Source: Tubiluchus corallicola (Eukaryota > Animalia > Priapulida). From it: DNA of 64,000 nt. The notes below the pieces were generated by a model, which was not told the origin of the DNA, made no database searches, and worked only from the letters and a program-made list of their open reading frames with translations. The translations under genes were made by a program, and so were the position numbers. The DNA lies in assembly GCA_030141605.1 (NCBI GenBank), contig JAQGDQ010000147.1:124001-188000 (forward strand), read 5' to 3'. Positions 27,057-38,516 of this stretch are shown here, piece by piece. Position 1 is the stretch's first letter; the number at the start of each line of letters is the position of its first letter.

Positions 27057-30000
27057 TCACCAGTCATCTGGTTCCATATGCCTCCTGTCTTCTTTGCTGA
27101 GCGTATTAAAGTGAAAACGATTTCGTATTTCATGTGCCTCTGTGTACGACCTGTGAGCATGCTGTTCATAATCTGCATCATCAAGTTCACTGTCTGATTC
27201 ATCATTGCCTTGTAGCTGACTATATAAATACTCATTCGCTTTTTCCTCTCTGAAAACACATAGGTATAAGTCTTCGGGACACAAATATAATGTATTTCAA
27301 ATACAGTAGAACAATAAACAGTGGTTTAATACATCAGTATATCAGCCACTGTGCCACTAATATTCATGCTAACATTTCAGGAAAAGCAAGTGAAGTTAAA
27401 ATGGTAATAATTATGCAAAAAAGAATAAATTCTATAATCTAAGGTCAAATTACCTAGGTACCAATAGTAAAGAAACCTCAAAGTTCGAGTTTAAACATAA
27501 AACTGGGGGCAGCACATAATCTTTTGCCACACTGGTATAGAAGTAACGAGTAATAACACCGAACAGTTTATTACATCAAAAATATTGTGAAACCCCGAGA
27601 AGCTCATGTACCCTCAAATTCAATGTGGACATCCTCGGTGCCATGCACAGCCTGCAATCATGCTGAGAGGTATGATTGGACCAGTGATTTGAAGGACTCA
27701 AGATCTTCTAACACATCTTGCAGATTTTTCACACGTTTGTGTCTTGAATACTGATCAACGACTTGTTTTTGGATCATTTAAGCGACCACTTTGTCCTTCA
27801 GGATAGCTCCAGTGTATTTGATGTGATATAGACGAATTTCTATCCCATTCAGCTTAGTTGAAAAAAATTAATTCCCGGTTTTCGGGTCACTGCTCAGATC
27901 ATACACTTCAAGATCGCAGACTGTGTGAGATGCTAGAAGTTTTCACTAAATACTGAGGGCATCATAGACTCACAATTGTTTCAGCAATACTTTGATGGAA
28001 CAAACTGTTTTGCACTATTTACACGCAGCTTCTGTACACCCTAGCAAGAAGTTATGTACCATTCTGTATTATATTTTCTCCAAACCAAATCTTTAATAAG
28101 ACTTAGAAGTTACACATTCAAAAATATTTCTCTAACGACTACGCAAAAATGCTGACTTTTAAGTGTTTGTACATTTTTTTTGGAAATGGGTGTTCTATGT
28201 TCTGTAAGTGTAATGTAATGTACTGTGTATAATGTAATGCAATATTGTAAAGTAATGTAATACACTCACTGTACTGCATCATAAGCTAGATAACACAAAA
28301 GCATCAAAACAAAAAATCCACCCATAATGACCATGAACCAGATGATTATGACTGACGCGGAACCCTTCAGTCCCGGATGATGGAAATATGACTCACAGTT
28401 CAAAACTGAACACATTGCTTCTTGCAATTCATCTGAAATAAAACAAAATGCAATATAAATTTACAATAATAGGAAATTAATTGAAAATAAACATTGGAAA
28501 ACAACTTGCAGAAAAACAAATGCTGCAGCCTCATCATTGACTGTTTCATATAATCTATTACTGCACTACAACTGGTGACTAAAAATAAGTAAACTACGCA
28601 GCATGATTTGCAATAATTAAATCACTAAATGCTTGACCAGTAGAGACACAATTCTTGGTGCACGCTTTTTCCAACAAAGTGCTAACCGATTTTATTAAGT
28701 ACTTGTATGTACAGCTGTTATCACGATCAGGAATAATCAGAATATTGTCATAATAATCAGAATATGGAGATGTTCTTGTATACTATTTAGTATAAACACT
28801 CAATCATAAAAGAAACATTTCTAGATATAATACTGAGAAGTTTTGTTTAGTCTGAAAACTTTCCGGTTAATTGGCCTTGGTTCAGTCACGAAATTCTTCA
28901 GCTAATTAAACCAAGATAGCATCCTTTTCAGATAGAAGAGAAATATACAATACAGCTTAGAAACAGAGTACAAAAACAAGCCAAACGTTATTAAGAGCAG
29001 CTTAGAAATAGAGTATAAAAACATGCCGAATGTTATGAAGAGACGTCTCTGTAAAGCATTCAAAGCAGTTTCAAAGCTTACGAAAAACCACAGTTCTCTC
29101 GAAATCCAATTGCTATTTTAATAGTATTTGTGCTCAGTATTGGCATTATTTTACATATGGGGATGATAGCTGTCTAAAGCACATATCCATTTTCAGAAAC
29201 TGATGCAGGTCATTGTCAATTAGTTGGTTTCTCTAACTGAAAAACATTTTGTGAGACTAAAACACAAAAAATTAAAATTTCAACTCTGATTTGAGAACTA
29301 ATAAAAATAATGACAAATTAAGGAATAAATTGTCAGTTATTAAAAGCTTGACGATTTTGAGTGTTTTACTTACTATATCACTTAAAATAAGGAACAAAAG
29401 TTATTCATACAATCACTAAAGCTGCAATTACTAAAGCTTTACAAAAACCTTTTTTGCTCAAAATGTCTAAACAATGTGGCACAGTCTACAACTTATAAGA
29501 GGCCTTCTTTCGAATGATATGTAGCCTGGTATTCTTTTATAACCAGACAACAGTTACCAGAAGATGAAAATGCACAGCAACCAAGTCAGAGTTTGGTGAA
29601 TAGTTGTCAACGATAAACATCTTTTCTGTTGGCTTCACGTATAATTGTACACAAACAAAAATTTGGCCTCCATAGGACATATAATGGCAAATGTTTGAAA
29701 AACCTGAAACAATTGTTGTGTAAGTGCTGAGATTTTCTGTAAAAGATTATTTCTGAAAAATAATCTAATTAAGAACAAAAATTGCTACATAATTTTTACA
29801 AACCTTCAAACTCTTCTGCAGAAATATTTTTGCTTATTACTTCTGGACAACATTGTCTCGCTAAATTCTAAGAAAATGAAAATTCAATTAGTAACTTATT
29901 ATTCCAGCAGATACTGCATCTATAAACTATATTTGCAAGTGACAACTACAGCAACAAACAACCACTAGCTTTGTGTTGATAGAAGCACATACAATGTGAT

Positions 30001-33000
30001 TTTAAAATATATCAAAAGTTTTTAGGGTATCCAAATAATACTAATACTAATGATGGAATGGACCTGCAATTGTTAAATTTTTGAAACCAGTTTGGCTGAA
30101 AAAATTGAATAGATTTATACTAGGATTGAATCAAAATTCATTTATTGCATTACAAGTATTATTATAGGATCTTTGGAATGCCATGACCCAATGACCAAGA
30201 ATTTAATATTGACAGTAACCACCTAATTGTGTGACCACAATAGGTCTTTTAATTCAATATTATTAGCCAATCCTAGAAGACTTGGGGGAAATAATTTTTG
30301 AAACTGACTTAGCAGTAAGGACTCTGGTTCAGGCTCAACTTTTTCAAATTACAAGTTGGTTTCAAAAATTTAATTTTTGTAGGATCATTCTATCATTAAA
30401 AATAATAATAATAGTGCAATCAAGAATATAAATACCAATACATAAAACATAACAATACAATATAACTTGCAGAAAATTAAACAATGACAAATAGGTAATT
30501 TTTCTTGTCTAGTTAACACAAAAGCACTTGTGTAGTCTGCTGATACAATGGTACTAAAGAGCAATATGAATTACTTCAATTTTTGAGAAATTTTGAGAAA
30601 AAGAAATGATATAAACTTTAAAAAGCATCATTTATATGTATGATAATCTTTGGCCAGCTAAATTTAACGATGAAAAAATAATGTGTTTGAATTTAGAATT
30701 ACACGTGGGCTCGTTATTTAAATAGAAAATGAATGAAAGACAAGCAAACAAACTATAAATAGTTAAAAAAACCACTGTTGTGACATCTAATAGACTCACA
30801 TAACACTGAATTTTTAACTTCACCATCTCATCGTCTTTGCAATTTTTTGCTGCTGGTTTAATGTTCATCAGTAGATCACATCGAAATATAAGACAGTAGT
30901 CAGCTAGACAGATGGCGTTTGTGGGCTGAAAATACATGCCTGGCATCTATAAATAATAATCACTGCACATTTAACAATGTGAAGAAAATAAAAATTGTTA
31001 ATAAGCTTGTAAAGTTTACATAGCTTTTCTATGGCCTAATATACAGGAAGTGCCAAAAGTAATGGCAACTGCTACATTTCCATACCATAACTGAATTCAC
31101 CAAGTTCATTACAGTTGCCATTTACCAAGATTAGATTAAAATAATTGGTTTAAAATCCAATTAAAATATAAAACACAGAAAATAAACCAATTGTTTTTCT
31201 ATTATGATTTAATCAGGATAAAGCTTGGAGAATTTAGCACTCATATAATACCTATAAGTACATACTCAAGATCGAATATTTCATATTAAGAAGTCCATCA
31301 AAATAGATAAATTTTCCAATTAAAACCAATTGTCAGTTTAAACATTGAAGGAAATATTGTGTTTTTAAAATACGAAAATATGGAACTTAACCCTGGTTTC
31401 AGCCAGGGACCACTGCAGTTTGCATATATTTAGCTATAATACTAATTACACTACTAACAGGTGCCAGTTGCAGGAAAATAATACTAAACACGATTTTCAT
31501 CAGTCACTACCTTTTCAACTTTAGACAGTAGTACAGCAGCATAAATTGATCAGCTATGCAATCAAGTGCATTGTCAAGTTTCAGAGTACAATGAATGACA
31601 CTGTAAAATCTCACTCTAGCTATTCAACTAAGGATTCAGCTAACAATAAAACCCACATACATTCCTCAGTAGCAAATTAATTGACTAATTAAGAACATTA
31701 CGTGTAGCTACCGATTCTTGTATGTCCAAATGTCGATTGCGAAAATGCTGATCCAAATAAAACTCTGAGTGAAATGATTTTCCACAGAGCTGACAGGTCC
31801 ACTTATTTCCCAAATCTTTGAGTTTCTTTGACTCGTGAAAAGCGTAAATGTCTCTACTTTGTCCGAGTGGACAAGATGGCGGAAGTTCAGCACCATATTT
31901 TTTAAATATCGGAAAAACAATCTAGAAATAAAAAGCAACTTCAGGAAACCAAATTGCATTTACCTACTGCAATCTTTTTAAAACAAAGAATGCTTTGCAA
32001 GTATATCAGTTGCATCAGATAGTAAAATAATATGATTATGATCTTATGGCAGAAGATGTAATACTAAAAATTAAAATGAGTATACATTGTCATACTAAAT
32101 TTAAAGTTCACGAACAGTTGCATTATTTAAGGTCATTGTATGATTTGCCAAGCTTCAAGTTTTAGTAAGAATGTATTGCAATGTGAGAATTTTACTTGTA
32201 TTTATAAGCTACTCTATGAGTATGAGGGTTAAGTTGAGTACAACGCACTGTTCAAAAGCCAGATATAAAACTTTTAAGATTAAAACTTCAGTAAAAAACA
32301 TAATAAACAGAAATAAACATAAATAACAGGATAATATACTGAAAGAAATTGATGCTGACAGAATGCTGATTTGCAATAATCTTGATTAATACGGCAACCA
32401 CGTTCATTAATTTCAAATTTAGTATCTTAGCTTCAACATATTTCTGTTTTTACTGTTACATTTGGAAATGAACTGTGCATTGATTATAGAATATTATTTT
32501 ACTGCCTCAGGAAGCAGATAGATCTGCAAAAGACTGTTGTTTTATTTGCACTAACTTATTGTTATTTGCACCATAACATTATTTCTCAATTTTGAAACGT
32601 CATGTTTTTTCTCATTCTTCACTGTGAGATTTTTTTAATTATATCTATCTCTGTCATTAAGAATCATTTCCAATTTTTCTTATTATTTCTCAGTGCTATA
32701 AATATGCCACTGAAGCAATACATATTTTAGATGTGTAGAATTCAGCCAAACAGTGAAACCTACCCATCATGACAAATACACTTAGTCATTTTAAAAATTC
32801 ATTTAACACAGAACGAAGTTTGTGAATGTAACAGTAAATGTTAGTGTATATGTTACAGGTAATATATAAAATTTAGAAATTTTAGAAAATACCTAGACAT
32901 TTTATATAATATCTATGCATTTCAAGAAAAGCATGAAATAAATGTTTTTCACTGCAGCTTTTATATATTTCATATGGACATTTTGCACAATACCTAGGAT

Positions 33001-35164
33001 ATACACAGAATACGTAAAAAGTGACTTTGGAAAAGTGTAAAATGACATAATTTGCGCTGAATCTCAAACCTTTTCTAGATATTTTGTACACTACCTCGAT
33101 ATTGCATAGAGTGCATAGAATGACACAGTCAGTGTATTTAATTAAGTGGGCAATTTAAGTAAGCAGATGTATTAAATATTTTACTGGCAATAGATGTAAC
33201 ATCAGCATGCCTCATCAGGCGGTCCACTTTCACACCTTGGAAGCCATCTGTTTAACTAATGCACTTCCAAAAAAGGCATAGTGCAACGAGCAACTCACGT
33301 GGCTGTGAAAAATTTGCGAAATGATGAAACCGTCATCATCTCATCATTGCCTTATGGCTGTGAAACGTGAACTCTCTATTACTGTGACCTCAAAACGCTT
33401 GAACTTTTCCACCAGCAAAAGCTCCGCTCTATTCTGTATATCAAATGCAACTAGTATGTCACCAATATTGGCGTGCTTGAAAGAACCAACATCCGGGGCT
33501 TCGACTCCACTATCTTCGTTGGTCAGGCCATCAGATGAGCAACACAAAGTTTCCTCATCATATTTTCTTTAGTGCACTCATAACTAGCAAAAGACTACGA
33601 GGATTCCCTCTCTGTCACTACAAAGACTGATTAATTGAAATTCATGCTCAAACCAACCAAAGCAAACAGAAATCAAAATTAAAACATTAGAAAATCAAGC
33701 TGGAATCAGACCATTCTCAACGAAATGCAGCATTTCGAAGATGAAATCAGGAGAGAAGATAAAAAACAGTAATAGTGCAAGATCATCATTCGACAAACTC
33801 AACTGTGCCTTCTACCAACACTTGAATGCTATCTGTGTCACTGACTATTCCATGTCAGATAAACTCTCCTAAGTCATCAATGTCACCACCACACAGCTGG
33901 AACGACATCCGGCTGACTTTAAATTTTCGGGCACGAGAAATCGTCCACGAACAAATGAACGTGTTTATGTGAAAATTTGCAAGCACATTGAAACATGACC
34001 TTTTCAGACAACACCTAAATTTTAAATGACATTATATAAAATGCCTAGGAATATTACAGATAGTTGACCAATTTTATTTTTATATTAACCAAAATCTATT
34101 CAGCATTCTATAAAATGCTTAGGAAAAGTACATGCAAAAATTTATGAATCGTACAATTTGCCTAAACAAGATTTTGCATTATATATAATGCCTGCGAAAA
34201 TTGTTGAATAAATTATTTTAAAAGAAAATAACTTTTGCTAACAATGCTAACAAATTATCAAGCACTATATCTTTTTTACACAGCATTTGTCTACATCAGT
34301 CCAACAGTGCATTCTACATTAAACATTCTTCGTAAAAAATATAGAAAAACTGCACCTGCCGCAAAGAGTTCCGAACTACTGTTGAACGTTCCCTGTTACA
34401 AGCTTCTTCTCTTGCTGCCTGAAAAATTTACCACATATACAATCTGATTATCTAGATACAGTAAGTTCTCGCTTAATAACACTAAAGGGTTCCAGAAAAA
34501 AGTGACGTTAAGCGAAACATCGTTAAACGAAAAGAAGACTTCCAAAGATAATAATGTAGAAGAATTAAGATACGTTCGAGAAGCAAAAATCAGTGCTGCT
34601 TAAATCATATTAATTAAACAGTTTAATTCATGTTTCTACTGATAAATTTCTTTTTGCTTGCTTGAAAATAGCTATCATTCTATAATATCTAGCTAGATTT
34701 GATAGCGGTTGTCTTTCCTTGAAGCCTATATATAGACAGTTAGCTGTTAAACAAGCTTGCAAGAAGCGACCTTGAAACAATTTCATGTAGTATTAACCTG
34801 CCTGCAGCGAAACGTCACTAAACAGGGAGTCGTTAAGCAAGGACTTACTGTACCACTACTTGCCCAGTAAGCATGTATAACAGTAACATGCTAATTGTTA
34901 GTCTCTTATAATAAGTTACAAATTACTTTTTATTGACTAAAAACATTCTGATCATTGTGGATAATTTTGTATATATATTCTTATGATTAAACAAAAATAA
35001 CATCACTCTTCTAGACTTTGGCATTTTGCTAGAACCTGAAAATTGCTGAGTCAACTTTTCATCATACGTTTATACACTAACAAGTGTGCACAATAAAAGT
35101 TAACATAACGTTGGAAACATTTTATTACCTCACCAAAGAAAGACAACTTCAAGAAAATTAACAT
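27057..35164 (-). CDS. Predicted type I membrane protein (~284 aa) with Cys-rich ectodomain containing a C2H2-type zinc-finger motif
   Basis: Phase-consistent exons (minus): 35164-35129 (MLIFLKLSFFGE), 34418-34356 (AAREEACNRERSTVVRNSLRQ), 31921-31712 (…PPSCPL…WTCQLCGKSFHSEFYLDQHFRNRH…), 30925-30800 (PTNAICLADYCLIFRCD…; alternative acceptor 30946), 29867-29804, 28432-28270 (…MCSVLNC…TM IIIWFMVIMGGFFVLMLLCYLAY), 27249-27057 (acidic tail, TGA). Total 855 nt. Start codon is uncertain. Confidence 0.8.
28953..29041. repeat. ~45-bp tandem duplication (2 diverged copies), intronic
   Basis: cagcttagaaaYagagtaYaaaaacaWgccRaaYgttatKaagag twice. Confidence 0.8.
34459..34850. mobile_element. Tc1/mariner-pogo (Tigger-like) MITE with TA target-site duplication
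   Basis: TA|CAGTAAGTTCTCGCTTAA … TTAAGCAAGGACTTACTG|TA; TIRs match 16/18, CAGT terminus, no coding capacity; lies in an intron of the C2H2 membrane-protein gene. Confidence 0.85.
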
Positions 35165-36421
35165 CAATACTTCTCTGAAATCCACTTTCATCTTAAAAGA
35201 TTTGTGTAAAAAGATCTGTAAAAAACAAGAAATATATTTACCAATGTTCACAAAACCATGTTTAATACCGCAAACTCACAGGCATGTCATATATTTACCC
35301 ACATTATTTCAAGCACTCATTCTCCATTTGCATTGCCTGGGAGCAGAATTCACTCAAAGAGGATGTGGTAAATGGCTCCATCGCCTGCTGTCTTTAAGTC
35401 TGTTGTCTGCTACAGCAGACTGCATCATATGAGTTACAGGAGACTGCCAAGTCGTTTGTTATTGAACAAGCAGAAGATATTACATTAACACAAGTAAACA
35501 TTTGTTTGTTTAAACAAAACAGAAAATTAATTATACTGATGAAGTTACAGAAATCTTATTTACAGACACGCACACACCATACATCTACACACTCTTCTAG
35601 CAGTCAACCAAATCTTGCAGAGCACATTGTTTTCCACGTCTCCTACTTGTATGCCTACGCATGGTATAGCCACTCTTTATCATAAATCCAATGATGGATA
35701 CTGCTGGGAGATGTTTCTCACTGCAGGAAGCTGAACCCCTGCCATTTGATGTTGCCTGTAGAGGAACAAGACAACAATAAGATTTTTTGTTCACTCTAGC
35801 TTAGGCCTTTGGCAATATGGATATTTATAATGGGATTTTCATAATTATTGTTATAAAGATAAATCACCTTTACAATGTAATGGCAGTGACACACCAAGAA
35901 GACGGAATGTGTGTTGGGTGATTGAGGGTTTTACACAATGTTGCAGGGCTTTCCAGCCTGTGAGAGATGTAAGCATGAATGCTCAAGCTATGAGACTTGG
36001 CATCAAGACTTGATGAAAACGCATTTCTGAGACTCTATCAGCTTATTTAGACAACCCTTCATTGTTAAATAATTAGGAAAATCCCTGTATTTTAAATTTT
36101 ATACAGCAATGTTATGAATGTATAATTTCTAATGTTTTTATTGTTATAAAAATTGTTATACGGTTCCAGCCAAGGTATTACTTATACGATAATTGCTCAG
36201 AACACCTATTAATAATCACAGAAATCAAAACTATACAATGCAATCCTCAACTTCACAAAGGGAAGTGAATGAGGATACTTATAATTTATTTTGCCTAAAC
36301 TGTTAGAGGTTTGGAGACCACAATTTTAACTACTACTGAATTATTAGATCAATTTATCCATATATTTATCCGTTTCAAGACCTAATTTAAAAAAGGCCTA
36401 ATAATTTAAATCTAATCTTGT

Positions 36422-36808
36422 GTAGGACGCTGAGTAAATAGCCAAAATAGCCACCAGCCGAAATAGGAGACTTGCGCTAAAGCCTATGTACTAAATATGC
36501 GGAAAACCAATGTCGTACATGGGCAGTCCAAGCAGGGCACTGGCGATTTTTCTCACTCTTTTAAGTTTACATCGAGAATTTTATCAAATTTTTAAAAAAC
36601 TCTGTGAAAGTTTCTTCATTTTATTAAAAATTGTGCTTGTTGGACGAGCTGCCGTCAATTATAATAATATTATTAAATAAACAAGAACAACGGACGCTGC
36701 CACAACGGTTAACGACTCAATTCGAGATCTGTCTCTTTGTCCTACTTGGGCTAGCCCATGTACGACGCGTCCTACTTGGGCTAGCCCATGTATGGCAATT
36801 GTCCTACT
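36422..36808. mobile_element. Non-autonomous DNA transposon-like element with short TIRs and 30-bp subterminal repeats
   Basis: Ends gtaggac…gtcctac; direct repeats gtcctacttgggctagcccatgta at 36739 and 36769; degenerate inverted copy gtcgtacatgggcagtccaagcaggg at 36512. Confidence 0.6.
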
Positions 36809-37339
36809 CTTAATTCTTTTAGCACCTCGCTTACCGTTACCGTCGAAAGATAGAGGTTAAACATAAGCAGTTTATGGACTTCTCCACTTCTTCTTGAAAC
36901 TCTTGAAACACTCTTCCTTGATTACTTTATTAAAATAAAAACTAAAACAATTTTTTACATAATTATTGCACACACGTAGACAAAGACATAGAACATTTAT
37001 TTTCTCCAGTTAGTTTAACATCTCAAGTTTTTTAAATATTACGTAATTATAATCATGCAGCAGGGCAGGGAAGGACCATAGGGTCATCTAGTCTCCTGCC
37101 CTTTAGACGTACTTCTAATTGTAAGACAAGCACGGAAATTAAACTAAAAATGCAATTAACTACAATAGCATTTTTTTCGCCAAACGTTTCAAAATTCTTC
37201 TCACTTGCGTTTGTCCTCAAATTCACTGCAACTTTGAGAAAGCATTATGGAGAATCATTTAGTCCCAGGGCAGTGCGAATTTTGGGGCTAAATTCTTCGG
37301 AAAGATTTCTGCGGTTGCACATGATGCCGAAAAGGAAAG

Positions 37340-37763
37340 GTTTGTGAAAACAAGCTTACTTAAAACTCACAAAAGTTTTTGAGAATAGGAAGATTTCTTT
37401 GGAAACAAAAATTAGAATATTCTCAGCCTTAGTTGAAACTGTATTTCTGTATAACTCTGAGCTCTGGACATTAAAAGCAAAAGCGTTTCAAAGGCGAAAA
37501 TACAGAAACATTTTGGGTATTAGATGGCCAAAGAAAATTTCAAACAAAGATCTATATGAGAAAATAAAAGAAGAACCTTGGACAACAAAAAGAAAAAGAC
37601 GCCGTTTAAGATGGATTGGGCATATGCTTAGACTACTTGATGATATTCCAGTGAAGATAGCTCTACAACAAGCCATAGAACCAGCTAAAAAAAACTGCAG
37701 GAGGACAAATGTTAACATATTTAGGTTTTGCACAGAAAGATTTAAACACTTCAGCATTGATCC
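37340..37763 (+). mobile_element. RTE-clade LINE C-terminal remnant
   Basis: ORF 37399-37767: KIRIFSALVETVFLYNSELWTL…ILGIRWPKKISNKDLY…RRRLRWIGHMLR, the typical RTE post-RT region. Confidence 0.85.
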
Positions 37764-38090
37764 TTAGAAATAAATGGATCTTGGATATCTAGGCGATGAT
37801 GTTATGTGCACAAAGTCATAGGCGGTGGCAGACTCTACGCACTCAGAGTTTTCAAAGTTTGGCCCATTATCAGTCATTAGGACATCCGGTATGCCATGTC
37901 TAGCTAATATCGATTTCAAATGCACAATAATGTTGGATGGTCTTGTATTTTTACCTAACTTAGCCATCTCAGTATAGTGACTATAATAGTAACCTATCAG
38001 GACAAGATACTGATTACCTTTAATTTCCTTTAAATCTGCTGCAACTTTTTGCCAAGGACGGTGCGGCATCTTTGTGGTAATCAGTGGTTG
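37764..38090 (-). mobile_element. Gypsy/Ty3 LTR-retrotransposon integrase core fragment
   Basis: ORF 37764-38069: PWQKVAADL…YLVLI…ILARHGIPDVLMTDNGPNF…HITSSPRYPRS (rve domain), truncated before the catalytic Glu. Confidence 0.88.
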
Positions 38091-38516
38091 AGCTTAGTCA
38101 TGCAGTCCTGCCCGTCCCATCGAGAATGAAAACTTTTGAAATGCTCCAGCATTGCGAAGGTGTTCATGTTTTTAAATTAAGCTTTTTAGAGAAATTTTTC
38201 AATAATGTTATTGCAAATAAAACAGAATTGACGTCGAACTGACTAGAAAAACAACCCTAAGTAAGAAGAGCATACAAATGTATGCGTTGAAGTTGTCATA
38301 ATCATTTTAGTATTACAGGCTTTTACTTTCTCAGTAGGCCCAACAATTGAATAAAATTATCAATGTGAAATGAAATGTAATGTGTAAGTGTGGCTTACAG
38401 CTCACACGGCAAGTCATACTAAAACTAAACACAGTTGTATACATTTGCACTTTTTGTAGATACATAGCTAGCTTTAAAAGTGATAATTTGTGTTTAGCAA
38501 GTATAAGACAGAAGTC

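Noticed and set aside
29559-29703. Possible extra minus-strand exon in the C2H2 membrane-protein gene
   Set aside because: At 145 nt it would shift the frame between phase-1 junctions; exon 29804 joins cleanly to 28432. It could only be a poison exon, and there is no evidence for that.
33300-33590. Minus-strand ORF with a GTGAGT donor inside the C2H2 gene intron
   Set aside because: Stops precede the donor, no recognisable homology, and exons 34356 and 31921 join in frame without it; probably an old repeat remnant.
36739-36808. CRISPR-like palindromic direct repeats
   Set aside because: Eukaryotic context, only two full copies, no spacers and no cas genes; better explained as transposon subterminal repeats.
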